A stretch of DNA of 64,000 nt from Octopus vulgaris (lineage: Eukaryota), in assembly GCA_951406725.2 (NCBI GenBank), contig OX597814.1, forward strand, positions 161,262,001-161,326,000, written 5' to 3'. The notes beneath the pieces are model-generated. The model searched no databases and was not told the DNA's origin. It saw only the letters and a list, made by a program, of their open reading frames with translations. A program made the position numbers and the translations under genes. Of the stretch, positions 14,314 through 25,239 are shown piece after piece (positions within the stretch are counted from its first letter, which is position 1; the number at the start of each line of letters is the position of its first letter).

Positions 14314-16743
14314 TTTCAGTGCTGGAAGATGGTTGTCCAGTAGGAAAAATGAGACCACAGAGACAGAAGCTGAATCCCTCTTGAAATCTCCTAAACCAAG
14401 CTGTATTCCTTCAAGTGGTAGGGAAGTAAATCACAGTAGCTTCGGCTGGCCACCATCTCATAGTTTTACTACTTCAGATAAGACTTCACTAGACAAAACA
14501 GCTTTGGGTGAAAATTACCATCAAAGAAGCTCATACCTAACACATGGTAAAATGTCAAATGTGCCTTCATTTAAGAATAAAGGTATGACAGAAAGCTGTA
14601 CTAAAGAAGATAATATTCGAGATTTAAGAACTGACAGATGTTCTGATAAACTACACAAGTCCATTCAACAGGCTGATGCTAGTTCCTCCCGTAATATTCC
14701 TTTGAGAGCATCTGTTCGTAAAAGTCATGATTCTGAAAGGAATAGTGATTATGGAATAAGCAAATCTTCATTACACAGTAATATGCCTCATAAAAGAAGT
14801 CCCACAAAGTCTTCTGAATCTAGTAACACTAATCAAAAAACACCCAGAATTGTTGCAAAAGAAAGATTATCTGGAGATCATGACTTGCAAATGGCCAATA
14901 TTGAAAGTTCTGTTTCTCCAGCAGGATTAAATGTAAATAAAAATAACAACGATCTCAAGTCACTAAGAAAACCTGTTACTTCTGGTAGAGTAGCTGAAGG
15001 TTTTGCAGATCAGTCATTTGACCGTTCAGATGTAAAATATAATTCATGCAGATCCCGTATACCAACTCCTAATTCTCCTTCAAGTTCACATAAAGCTGAA
15101 TCACATAAACTTTCATCACAGAGCTTTACTTTTTCTAGAGGTTCGGATACAAACAAAGCTAACATGGAACAGAGTGGTAAGGAAACAAATGAAAGTAGAG
15201 CTGAACGTATTGCTCGTTATAAACAAATCAGACGAAATGAACTGGCTTCAATAATTAAGGCCAGACTAGATGCTAACGGTGGTGACAAAAAGGAAGAAGA
15301 TGAAGATAAAAAGTTGAATTTGAAACAGAATCTTTATCCAGAAATAGCAAAAGAAAGTGAAACACAGTTTCCAATCTCATCTCTTACTGAAAAAGGCAAC
15401 TTGAATTTAAGAACAGAAGGCATTGAGCCTGAGAGTTCAGATTTAAAGCTGAATAGATTGCAACAAAAATCCAGAAATGTGTCTGAACGGTCCAAAAAAC
15501 GGCAAGAAAGAATGCTACGAAATAGTCAACATTTATCTGCTGATCTTATTGGTCAAACTACAAAAGGTAGAATTCTTAGTAATAAATTGGATACATCCAC
15601 AAGTATAGACTCTAGGAATATTCCTCCTTCTATTGCTGATGATACTCAACCATCTTTAGAAGCTGAGAGAGCAGTGAGTCTGTCATATGATGACAGAAGT
15701 CAGCTAGCTCAGTTAAGAAGCAATGAAGTAGGAACAGACTTTGCTTCAAATGTTACTAATATCTCTTCTGAAATTCCCTGTAACAAAAATCTTTCCAACC
15801 AGCCATCAGAATCCATTGGTGCTAAAACTGGGATAGAAAATGAGAAAAGTTCTTTATCATTATCAAATGACAGGTTCATAGATAAAGGTTATAATAAAGA
15901 TTTATATACTCCTTTAAGAAAACAAAATGTACAGGAAAAGCCAAATATCATTGGTAGACAACAAGAAAAGTGTAGGTTTCAAAGTAAAAGTGATGGATAT
16001 TTAACATCAGGTTCTGAGGCTGGATTTTCTGATAATATTTTTGACTACTCCATATCTGAATCAGATAATTTTAGGAATTATAACATCGACAGTGAAACAG
16101 ACATACAATTATACTCTCAGATGACAGCTGACTTAAATGAGAACCCTAGATCCTCAACATCTTTCGTAAAATCAAAACAACTACCTGAAAGTGCTGTTTC
16201 ATATAGAAAACAATTGTTGCAGGATCTGAATGAAAAAAGTGAGAATAAAAAAATTGAGAATGAATATAAGAAAGATATCGACTGGTTAGAGCGTAGAAAG
16301 TTTGAATACATGATTAAAAAAGCTGAGAAGGAAAAGAAATTTTCAGTCTTAGACAAGATTAAAGCTGCTGAAATAAAAGCTCATGCAATTAGACAGAAAA
16401 GAGAAGAAAATAAGGCACAGAAGCCTCTTGAAAGAACAAAGAGTGAAAGTCAAGTTAAGATGCCTTTAGAGGTTTGTCAAGAAACTAATCGAAAAAATAC
16501 TAACTTGGAACGGGCTCAATCTTTTGGATCTGCCCCTGTGAAGAAAATTGAGGAACTTCTTTTCTCTCCTAAGTATGAAAGTAACTTGGATGAGCTTCTT
16601 TTAAAGAATGCTGCTTATTTAGCAGATGAAGAAACAGATTTGCCATCGCAGTCTGTAAGGAATTTACATCCTAAAGAAAATTTAAAGCTCAGGAAGTCTG
16701 TACGGAAGAAAAAATTAACCAAGCTTGCCAGTGTGTCAGAAAG
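14314..16743 (+). CDS. SVIL: Supervillin-like gene, giant 2430-nt exon encoding a disordered N-terminal region
   Basis: Core of the 872-aa ORF, bounded by acceptor TTTTCTTTTCTAG (14313) and donor AG|GTAAGT (16744). ESRAERIARYKQIRRNELA (15191-15247) matches 14/19 of human supervillin ESKAERIARYKAERRRQLA as recalled. Exon status is strong; gene identity rests on this single motif. Confidence 0.78.
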
Positions 16744-16924
16744 GTAAGTTTGATATTATTATATATTTGCTTGTAAGATGCAATTTAAAGTAAAAATAAA
16801 AAAAGTGATACAAATATTTTTATGTAAGCTAATAAAGTGAAAAGAAAATTATTTCCATACAAACAATTAATTAGTTACATCTCTTGGAAAAAGTCAAGAT
16901 CTTGTATAAAGCTTGAATATAATA

Positions 16925-17133
16925 TTGGTTTCAAATTTTGGCACAGGGTTTGGGGGGAAGGGGTAGGTCGATTACATCCTCCCCGGTGCTCAGCTGGTAT
17001 TTATTTTATCAACTCCGAAAGGATGAAAAGCAGTGTCAACCTTGGCGGAATTTGAACTCAGAATATATTGACGGACAGAGTACTGCTAAGTATATTGCTT
17101 GGTGTGCTAACAATTCTGCCAGCTCACCACCTT
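16925..17133 (-). mobile_element. tRNA-derived SINE, family A
   Basis: Reverse complement of GGTGAGCTGGCAGAA...GAGTTCAAATT...TTTCATCCTTTCGG, as in 17275-17490. Confidence 0.85.
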
Positions 17134-17149
17134 AAAAAGAAAACATGCA

Positions 17150-17222
17150 TTCCCATGCCAGGAATCAAACCAGGGCTGCTTTGGTGAGAGCCAGGAATCC
17201 TAACCACTAGATCACATAGGGA
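17150..17222 (-). pseudogene. tRNA-Glu(CTC) pseudogene
   Basis: Minus strand TCCCTATGTGATCTAGTGGTTAGGATTCCTGGCTCTCACCAAAGCAGCCCTGGTTTGATTCCTGGCATGGGAA follows the eukaryotic tRNA-Glu pattern, with a downstream T-run. It has an extra acceptor-stem base, anticodon- and T-stem mismatches, and TTCGA changed to TTTGA. Confidence 0.8.
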
Positions 17223-17274
17223 AGCCAAAAGTTAACCATAATATTGATATAACTAATATTAATACCAGAGAGAA

Positions 17275-17756
17275 GGTGGTGAGCTGGCAGAAACGTTAGC
17301 ACGCTGGGCAAAATGCTTAGTGGTATTTCATCTGTCTTTACGTTCTAAGTTCAAATTCTGCCGAGGTTGACATTGCCTTTCATCCTTTCGGGGGTCAATA
17401 AATTAAGTACCAGTTGCATACTGGGGTCAATCTAATCAACTGGCCCCACTCCCCCAAAATTTCGGGCCTCGTACCTAGAGTAGAAAAGAATATAAAAACA
17501 TTTCTCATGGCACCAGAAAACAATTTACAGATGCTTACATTTTAAGGCAGCGAGCTGGCAGAAACGTTAGCATGCCGAGCGAAATGCTCAGCGGTATTTC
17601 GTTTGTCTTTATGCTCTGAGTTCAAATTCTGCCGAGGTCAGCTTTGCCTTTCATCCTTTCGGGGTCAATAAATTAAGTTCAGTTGCGTACTGGGGTCGAT
17701 CTAATCAACTGGCCCCCTACCCGAAAATTCCGGGCCTCGTGCATTGAGTAGAAAAG
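17275..17756 (+). mobile_element. Dimer of family-A SINEs within one 20-bp TSD
   Basis: Full copies at ~17275-17490 and ~17545-17756 with a ~53-nt spacer. AATATTAATACCAGAGAGAA occurs at 17255-17274 and 17757-17776. Confidence 0.9.
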
Positions 17757-18861
17757 AATATTAATACCAGAGAGAATTTTGAGACATGAAATTGGAACTA
17801 CTCTTTAAAACTATATGAATGCTTTTAAAATAGGATATTGAAAAATTTCTAAATGTACTATTTTATTCTAATTTTCAAATGTCTATTATAGAATTTATCA
17901 TTGATATAATATGTATACTTTCAGGTTTTTAAGTTCTTTTAACACTATTAACTGACATAGATTAGTGGAATTGTATTAGTTACTCTTAATACTATAGGGC
18001 CTAACATCTTTGCAATTAAATAATGTTGATAGGATTTTATATGATTATAATAATATTGATCTCCATTTACTGTTATATGCTACTTTAATTCTTTAGGGTA
18101 TGTAACAGTTCTCTTTCATTGTGGTAAAACTAATTTATTACAGTGTCATTCAAGGATTTAGTGTATTGATTATCATTTAGAGCTGTTGTAATATACACGA
18201 AGATAGCTTGGAAAGATAATTAAACAAAGAAAATAATCAAATTTTGAAGTGTATTTATAAAGTCAATATCAGTTCATAATGCTTTATATGAAATTGGTTG
18301 ACGTACACTTGTTTTCTACAGAATAGATATTTCTTTCGAACTAAATTTAGGTTTAGAATTTCTGTTTGACTGGAGTGCAATAAGTATACATCAAAATGTA
18401 GGTAGAATGCAAGTGCCATTTTAGCCATTTAAGAATATATAAGTTTATTTGCCTTTCATTTATTTCTTGAGCTGTCTTGGTTTTCATTTTTCTGAGATCC
18501 TGTCCCTAACACAATTCCCCTGTTGTTGCAGTGAAATTATATCAGTGACAAGTTTACAGAGATGTGACGAACATCTTGATATCTCAGTAAATAAGTAAAA
18601 AGTAAATATAACTGTCTATGTGTACTTAAATGGTTAAAATAGCTATAACACAGTATAATTGCTTAAGTTTCAATGCATTTTCTTAAAGCAAGTCACTTGC
18701 CAAACACATACAGTTCCAAAATGTGGATAAAATTTCTTATTATTCATCTTTGATTTTCTTTTTAATTGAAATGTGATTATATTATAATTTAATATAACTC
18801 ATCAGACTGATTCAGCTACTATTAAATTATACTGAGAGCTGAATCACTCTGACAGACATGG

Positions 18862-18916
18862 AGAAAGACATGTAGCTATGTTGCCAGACAGTTGCAACAT
18901 AGCTCCATGTCTTTCT
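18862..18916. repeat. 23-bp inverted repeat (1 mismatch) with 9-nt loop
   Basis: AGAAAGACATGTAGCTATGTTGC-CAGACAGTT-GCAACATAGCTCCATGTCTTTCT. Confidence 0.9.
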
Positions 18917-19049
18917 ATCTCACATTAATTGAAGATTATAAATTTATACATCTCAGTGCATTTTCAGCTTCTTTCTTCTATATTTCTACTCATATGGAAT
19001 AAAATATCTTTGTTTTATTTATTGACACATACACACACACATACATACA

Positions 19050-19350
19050 TGTGAAGGTGCATTGTTCAGTGGTTAGAGTGTCAGGCTCACAACCATGAGG
19101 TAGCGAGTTTGATTATGTGTGTGTGTGTGTCCTTGTCTAGACTTTATGTGATAGTTGTAAAATGAATGTCACCATCATGCAAGTCATATCCTGTATTTTC
19201 AATCTTCCTTGAAAGCATATCTGGTCATGGGAAATATTACCTTACTTGGAAACAACTTAAGGTTGGTAACAGGAAGGGCATCCAGTTACAGAAAATCTGC
19301 CTCAACAAATTCTGTCCAACCCATCCAAACATTCTATTATCAATGTATTA
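19050..19350 (+). mobile_element. Chimeric or internally deleted tRNA-headed SINE
   Basis: Head like 55984 (CAGTGGTTAGAGTGTC...GAGTTTGATT) joined via (TG)n to a different 3' body containing AGGAAGGGCATCCAG. Confidence 0.55.
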
Positions 19351-20417
19351 CCTGTATAACATTGGTAATAATATACTGGACATTTGGTTAACAGTTTGAA
19401 TTACTGGGCTACCTGCCGTGCCAGAAATGGTAAGATGAATGCAGAAACAGTTGGTGGCGTAATTATTTAGCTGAAAACTGATATGCAGTTTCAAAATTTA
19501 CATTGTTGAAACTATCTTGTGCAAGAATGGGTGAATTAATGAAATCTATAATGAACATGTTGAACCTATTTGATTCTCTAACATCATTGTTTTTAGATTT
19601 ACTAGTAACTTGTAATGTATAATCACACATTCCCCCACCACAAGTTCTTGTTTTTATTCTGTGTAACTCTGTATGTTGACTGAAGTAATAACACTGCATA
19701 CTAATAAATTATTTAGTACATTTACAATAAAATAATTGTTTATTGCCAGTTATACTGTTATAGCAGATGGCTAGTAACAAACAGAAAAGCCTTTTTTAAC
19801 TCTGCCTTTATTGCCTACTTTTATTGTGATTTATATTAATGTTATTTTACTAAAGTAGCATTTAAGCAGTTATTGTATTAAGCTGTAACAATAGATAAAT
19901 TTACTCACTCTTTACTGTGGTTATTGAGTTCATGAAGTATGAGGTCAAATAAGTGACTTGAAGAGCTCAATAACCTTAAAAGTGGAGTGGGAATATAAAC
20001 AAATGGATTAATGTATATATGAAAACATAAACTTTCAGTGAAGTTCTTGCAAACAGACAAAGGACAAATAATAATAAAAAGAGGACTTTAACAAGTGAAA
20101 TACATCTAGGTTTACTGTAGGATATTTTGCTTTACGTACATTTGTCTCATTATTTAGTTCTAGGCCAATCTTAATTTGGTAGACTTATGATCAAAGATGT
20201 TTCAATTGTAACCATCTTGCTTTATTCTACCTTTTATCCAATACAACATTATCTAATGTGCTTTGCCCCTCATTGATTCTAAGCTATGTATATACTGCTT
20301 TGTATATAATAATTCTCACATTAATTCAAGATTATAAATTTATAGAAATGGGTTATGATTGACTGAATAGATCCATACATTGAATATATTACTAATATGA
20401 TGATTCACTTTGGAAAC

Positions 20418-20705
20418 ATGGGTGTGTCGTTCAACATCCTTAACCCTTATTCAGTAACCTTTTGAGCGGAATGGGCTACTTAACCTAGAGAAAATTCTAA
20501 CTGGGCCCCACCTGCAAGGTCATGTGCTGTTTATCTTGATATGAGATCACCATGTTTCTCACATATGGTTGTGATGCATGTGCCTGGTGTACCCTTATCA
20601 GATGGGTAGTTATGATGAGTATACTGGGCTTCGTATATTTTACCCCAGTGTCACTTTGATGGCATGCGTTGCTCTCTCACTCAATAATAATAACAACAAC
20701 AACAA
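20418..20705 (+). mobile_element. Retroposon 3' end with (AAT/AAC)n tail
   Basis: GC-richer block ending CTCTCTCACTCAATAATAATAACAAC; recalled as a common octopus repeat, family unassigned. Confidence 0.5.
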
Positions 20706-21049
20706 TTTAACATATGCACAGAGTTGCTATTTTTGAAAGGGAAAGGATTAATCTTAACTAAATTAACCTCAGTACTTAGCTGTTAGTTTATTTTATTGAC
20801 CCCAGAAATATCTTCTAAGATTGGCATAAAATTACTATATAATAGTAAAGGTAAAGAGATGTTAAGAGTATAATCATATAGTTGTGAGGAGGCTTAACTT
20901 TCATGCTGTATAGTATGTAAAGCCATGTAAATGCTTTCATATAGAATAAATACAGTTAATTATTCTTCCTCCTCATTCAAATGCCTGTAGACACATGCAT
21001 ATTGACTTGATGTGCTAATGTAGCAACCAAATCCTTTCTCAATGAATTC

Positions 21050-21490
21050 CTCATCTTCAGTTATACAAAACTCAAATCCAAATCTCAAATGTACCACACA
21101 GTGAAATACTTTGACTGCACATACAATCATCCTAAACTGCATTCAGTAAAAGCTGTCTTGCTAATTGGCATGAAGTTGCTTGCCAATGCATTACAACTCT
21201 GGCTTGCGGATGTGCTATCTGCTCATTTTGCCTCTTTTATCTCAGAGCTGGCTGGTCTTGTGCCACCTCTGTCTAGACTAGATCTACTTATTCATCTCTT
21301 TTGTCACCTATATTGTGTCCAACTTCCAGATATTGCACTAATTTTTTTACTCAGTCTTTCCTCCCCTGAACATTTTTCCTCTGGAATACACTCCCTGCCC
21401 ATGTATTTCTAACTACTATATTGATCTTAATAGTCTTGGAGAGTTTGTGAAGATCATGGGCATAAATCTTTCCTTTTGATCAAAAACATA
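21050..21490 (+). mobile_element. CR1/Jockey-group LINE 3' fragment
   Basis: QMYHTVKYF remnant corresponding to QIRPTMEY, and a 3' motif shared with ~6577. Confidence 0.5.
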
Positions 21491-22234
21491 AGAGAAAAAT
21501 ATTGATCTTGGTTTGAATACTCAATAAATGATGATGTTTTTTTCTCATTTATGTATTTGGTAATGTAAGCTCTTGTTCCATAATGTTCAGTTGGTTCTCT
21601 CTGTTCTCTTTGTGTTCTAGAGCACAGCTGACTTGAACCACAGCAAAAAGGGCAGTTTTATTTTCTGGTCTCTTGTTAGTGTATTTCCTCTGACTTTTGT
21701 AAATCTTCTTGCTTTCTTACATCATGACCATTTTAAACTAAAATTGCTATGAGTTACCTCATTCTTATCTTAAGCTTTTTTGCAAACGTTTTGATTATGT
21801 AATGATTTGATATCAAACCTACATTCACATAGTGTCCCTAAATTAATTCTCATCTTGGAATATGGGAATATGAACTTTCGTGGCATGTCTGCAGTAAAAT
21901 ATATCTGAATTTTCAAACTACTATTTAATCCTATTTCAAATATCACTCAGGTTATAGTTGAATTTATTAATGAATAGTATCTTGGTTATCTGGAATATCT
22001 TGTTTTGAATGATTAATAGTGTTAATTTAATAAGTAGGAATGTTTAACAATCTTCTGTGAAATGTTGCAACTTTTTTGTGAAAGCAAAATTGTTCAGGAA
22101 GTCTTGTTCAAGACTAGCATAAGAATTCTCTAAAATTGTTGGTATATTATCACTTACTAGCTGCTCCATTTCTGCTTGTGTTACTGTTGTCCTTTCCAAT
22201 CCTGTTTCCAGGAACTTCTACATTGCATAATGTT

Positions 22235-22610
22235 TTCACATTCTGAGTTCAAATTTTACTGAAGTCAACTTTGCCTTTCATCCTATCCTTTCAGGGTTGA
22301 TAAAATAAGTACCAGTTGAACACTGGGGTTGATGTAATTGACTTATCTCCTTCCCCCCAAAATGCTGCCTAGATTTGAAATTATTAGAGATCTGCTTGCC
22401 TGTCTATATCTACTTATAGGAATACAGCCTTCTCTCTAATTTTGTCTGTTTTCCCATTGGAAATACTATATAATGGAAATATGGTTGTGTTGTTAAAAAG
22501 TCACTTTGCAATCACATGGTTCTGGGTTCACTCTCACTGCATAGCACCTTGGACAAATGTCTTCTGCCATAGTTGGGTTGACTGAAGCCTTATGAAGTAA
22601 ATTTGGTAGC
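22235..22610 (+). mobile_element. Degraded family-A SINE followed by degraded family-B SINE
   Basis: Similarity to 17275-17490 (22235-22380) and to 29631-29985 (22480-22610). Confidence 0.65.
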
Positions 22611-24715
22611 TGTGGTGTGAAATTTGTGTAGAGACCAGGTGCTCATGTTAAACATATGAACAAACACTATGTATTGAATATTATCTTTGTCTTTTAGTAC
22701 AGAGAGATGACACAGTTTGTACAATGGTAAGAGGGGGTGCTATGCTCAGTGAAGTTAAGCTAAGTTAAGAGGAATGAACAGGTAGAAGGAAGTGATAATT
22801 AAGAAGTTAACAATTAGGAATTGGGAAACCAAAAGCAAAGAATGAAAGATGACGATTGAAAAATGAAAAAATGATGGAAAATGTAGAAAAATGACAAAAT
22901 GAAATAATGAAAAAATGAAAAGATGAAGAGAAACTGAGGTAGTGTGAAAGGTTATCCTGTTATCTCTCTGTACTAGACCACAACTATGTTGCCTGAGATA
23001 CACCACTATCTTATTTTTGTCTTTTGTTTATAAACTGTAACAATGTGTGTGTGTGTGTGTGTGTGTTGGCATGGAATGAACAAAATCAGTGTGTCAAACA
23101 AAAACATGTCTCCTTTTATCCAAGGCCATCTTTTCATTATTAACAATATTGCTAAAATAAATACCAAACAACATACTGGAGCTATATAATCGTCTATGGA
23201 GGTAGTGCCCCAGAATGGCCACAGGCCAAAGATTGAAACTGATGAAAAAATAAAAAAATCGTTATTGTAACTTCTGTTTTTTCCATTAACAAGAATCATT
23301 TGCAACTGCTATGCCAGACACCTTATCTACAAATTGCTCTTAGGAATACCTTACAAGTGCTTAACTATTGATTACTCTTAAGAGTTTGATGGCTATCTCT
23401 GTATCGTAGGTATATTAAAACACAGATAAGTGTGGGCATTTAACAACTATACCTGTTATTGTTTTTCTTGCCTCCGTCATCTAAATTTTAATAATTGTAT
23501 TCTTTTCTTGTTTATCTCATGTCTCTAAACGTTCATTCCTGCCAAGTTGTATCATTCTCAAATCATCATGTCTCTTGAAACTTGTTTTCAGTAATAACTA
23601 AACTGTTCTATCAGAAAAGTTTTTTTTTATTAGCTACAGACATTTTCCCTCCTAAATAGAGCACAATAAAACCACAAACTATTGAAAACTGTATAGCAGG
23701 TTGAATTCAGTTATGTTTTATTATGAGGCTCCCTTCCTTTCACATGAAACAAAGTCAACTTTGTTGGGAAAAGATTACAGTTGATAATAGTGTTTGATCT
23801 GCCAACTACCTTTGAATTGTCTTGAAAGACAATGAACAAAATCATCTACCTAATAAATGATTATTTTCTTTTCTCATTATAAAAACTGACATAACCTGAA
23901 AAAAAACTGAGTAAGCGTAAAGATTTATAACATTATGTATTGATTTCTAACGTTGACATTTAGCCACAAATTTATAGGAAAAGCATAAAGTTTATTGAAT
24001 TAACAGTACCCTATTGGTACTTATTTTATCAGCCCTGGGAAAACAAAAGATATTTTCAGCTAAATTTAATCTGAGAACATAAAGTGATGCAGCGCAATAC
24101 CACAAGACATTGATGAGTGTAGTATTAGCCCAAATAATTTCACTTATGAAATTTTGAAAATCTCAACTAACAAGTTAACTTGGAAGGTATCCAAGGGTCT
24201 CTAAGATATACAATATAAAATTATTTGCTTACTCAGGAACAATTCATATTATGCGGGAAGTACTGATGTAGCCAACCTCAATTTAAAAATCATTATGATG
24301 TTCAATTTCTTGCTGTTTACGAAACTGAACTGCATCACTGATATTATATTCTTATATATTCTTACAATATAGTGGACCGACTTGCTAATGGTTAGTACTT
24401 TTGTCATGACACAGTGCATGTTTGATTATATAGTACACATTGTAGAACTTAAACATTTTGTTACTTTTTAGAAGTTAGCTGTAAAAAATTGTAAAATTAG
24501 AGCAATTGATAAATTAGGAGGATACTCCTATGGCCCTTGTTTATAATAGTATCGCATGATTGGCTGCTTGAGGACTCCTGTATGTAGAAGATTAAACAGG
24601 ATTGAAGGGTAGTATTATCTGCATATAGGCAGAGAACTTAGCAAGGAGGCTGGTTGTTGTTGTTTAGTCTCCAGGTCAGCCCTGACTGGGTAGGTTTATG
24701 CTCAAAGGCATTCAA

Positions 24716-24944
24716 AGGTGGCAAGCTGGCAGAAACGTTAGCACGCCGGGCGAACTACTTAGCGGTGTTTCATCTGCCGTTCCGTTCTGAGTTCAAATTA
24801 CGCTGAGGTCAACTTTGCCTTTCATCCTTTCAGGGTCGATTAAATAAGTACCAGTTACGCACTGGGGGCGATATAATTGACTTAATCCATTTGTCTGTCC
24901 TTGTTTGTCCTCTGTGTTTAGCCCCTTGTAGGTAGTAAAGAAAT
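24716..24944 (+). mobile_element. Family-A SINE variant with alternative 3' tail, nested in a family-C repeat (24650-25060)
   Basis: 10-bp TSD AGGCATTCAA at 24706-24715 and 24945-24954; the host consensus resumes after the insertion. Confidence 0.88.
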
Positions 24945-25079
24945 AGGCATTCAAGCTATGACCATCTAGAACCACATTATCTCTGTATCTTTCTCTTTTT
25001 AAAGATAGTAAGGTGCTATTTGAGGGCTAGTTTGGCTGCTATTTTAAGCATGTAGAATCTCTTTTTGGTTTGTTCAGAT

Positions 25080-25238
25080 ATTCTTTTCTGCTCTAGACAC
25101 AAAGCCTAAAATTTTTGGGGAGGGGGCCAGTTTATTAGATTGACCTCAGTATGCAACTGGTACTTAATTTATCGACTGAAAAACAAAATACCACTAAGCA
25201 TTTCTCCTGGCATGCTAACGTTTCTGCCAGCTTGCCTT
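25080..25238 (-). mobile_element. Family-A SINE with internal deletion
   Basis: Head and tail match 17275-17490 in reverse; the central B-box region is missing. Confidence 0.8.
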
Positions 25239-25239
25239 G

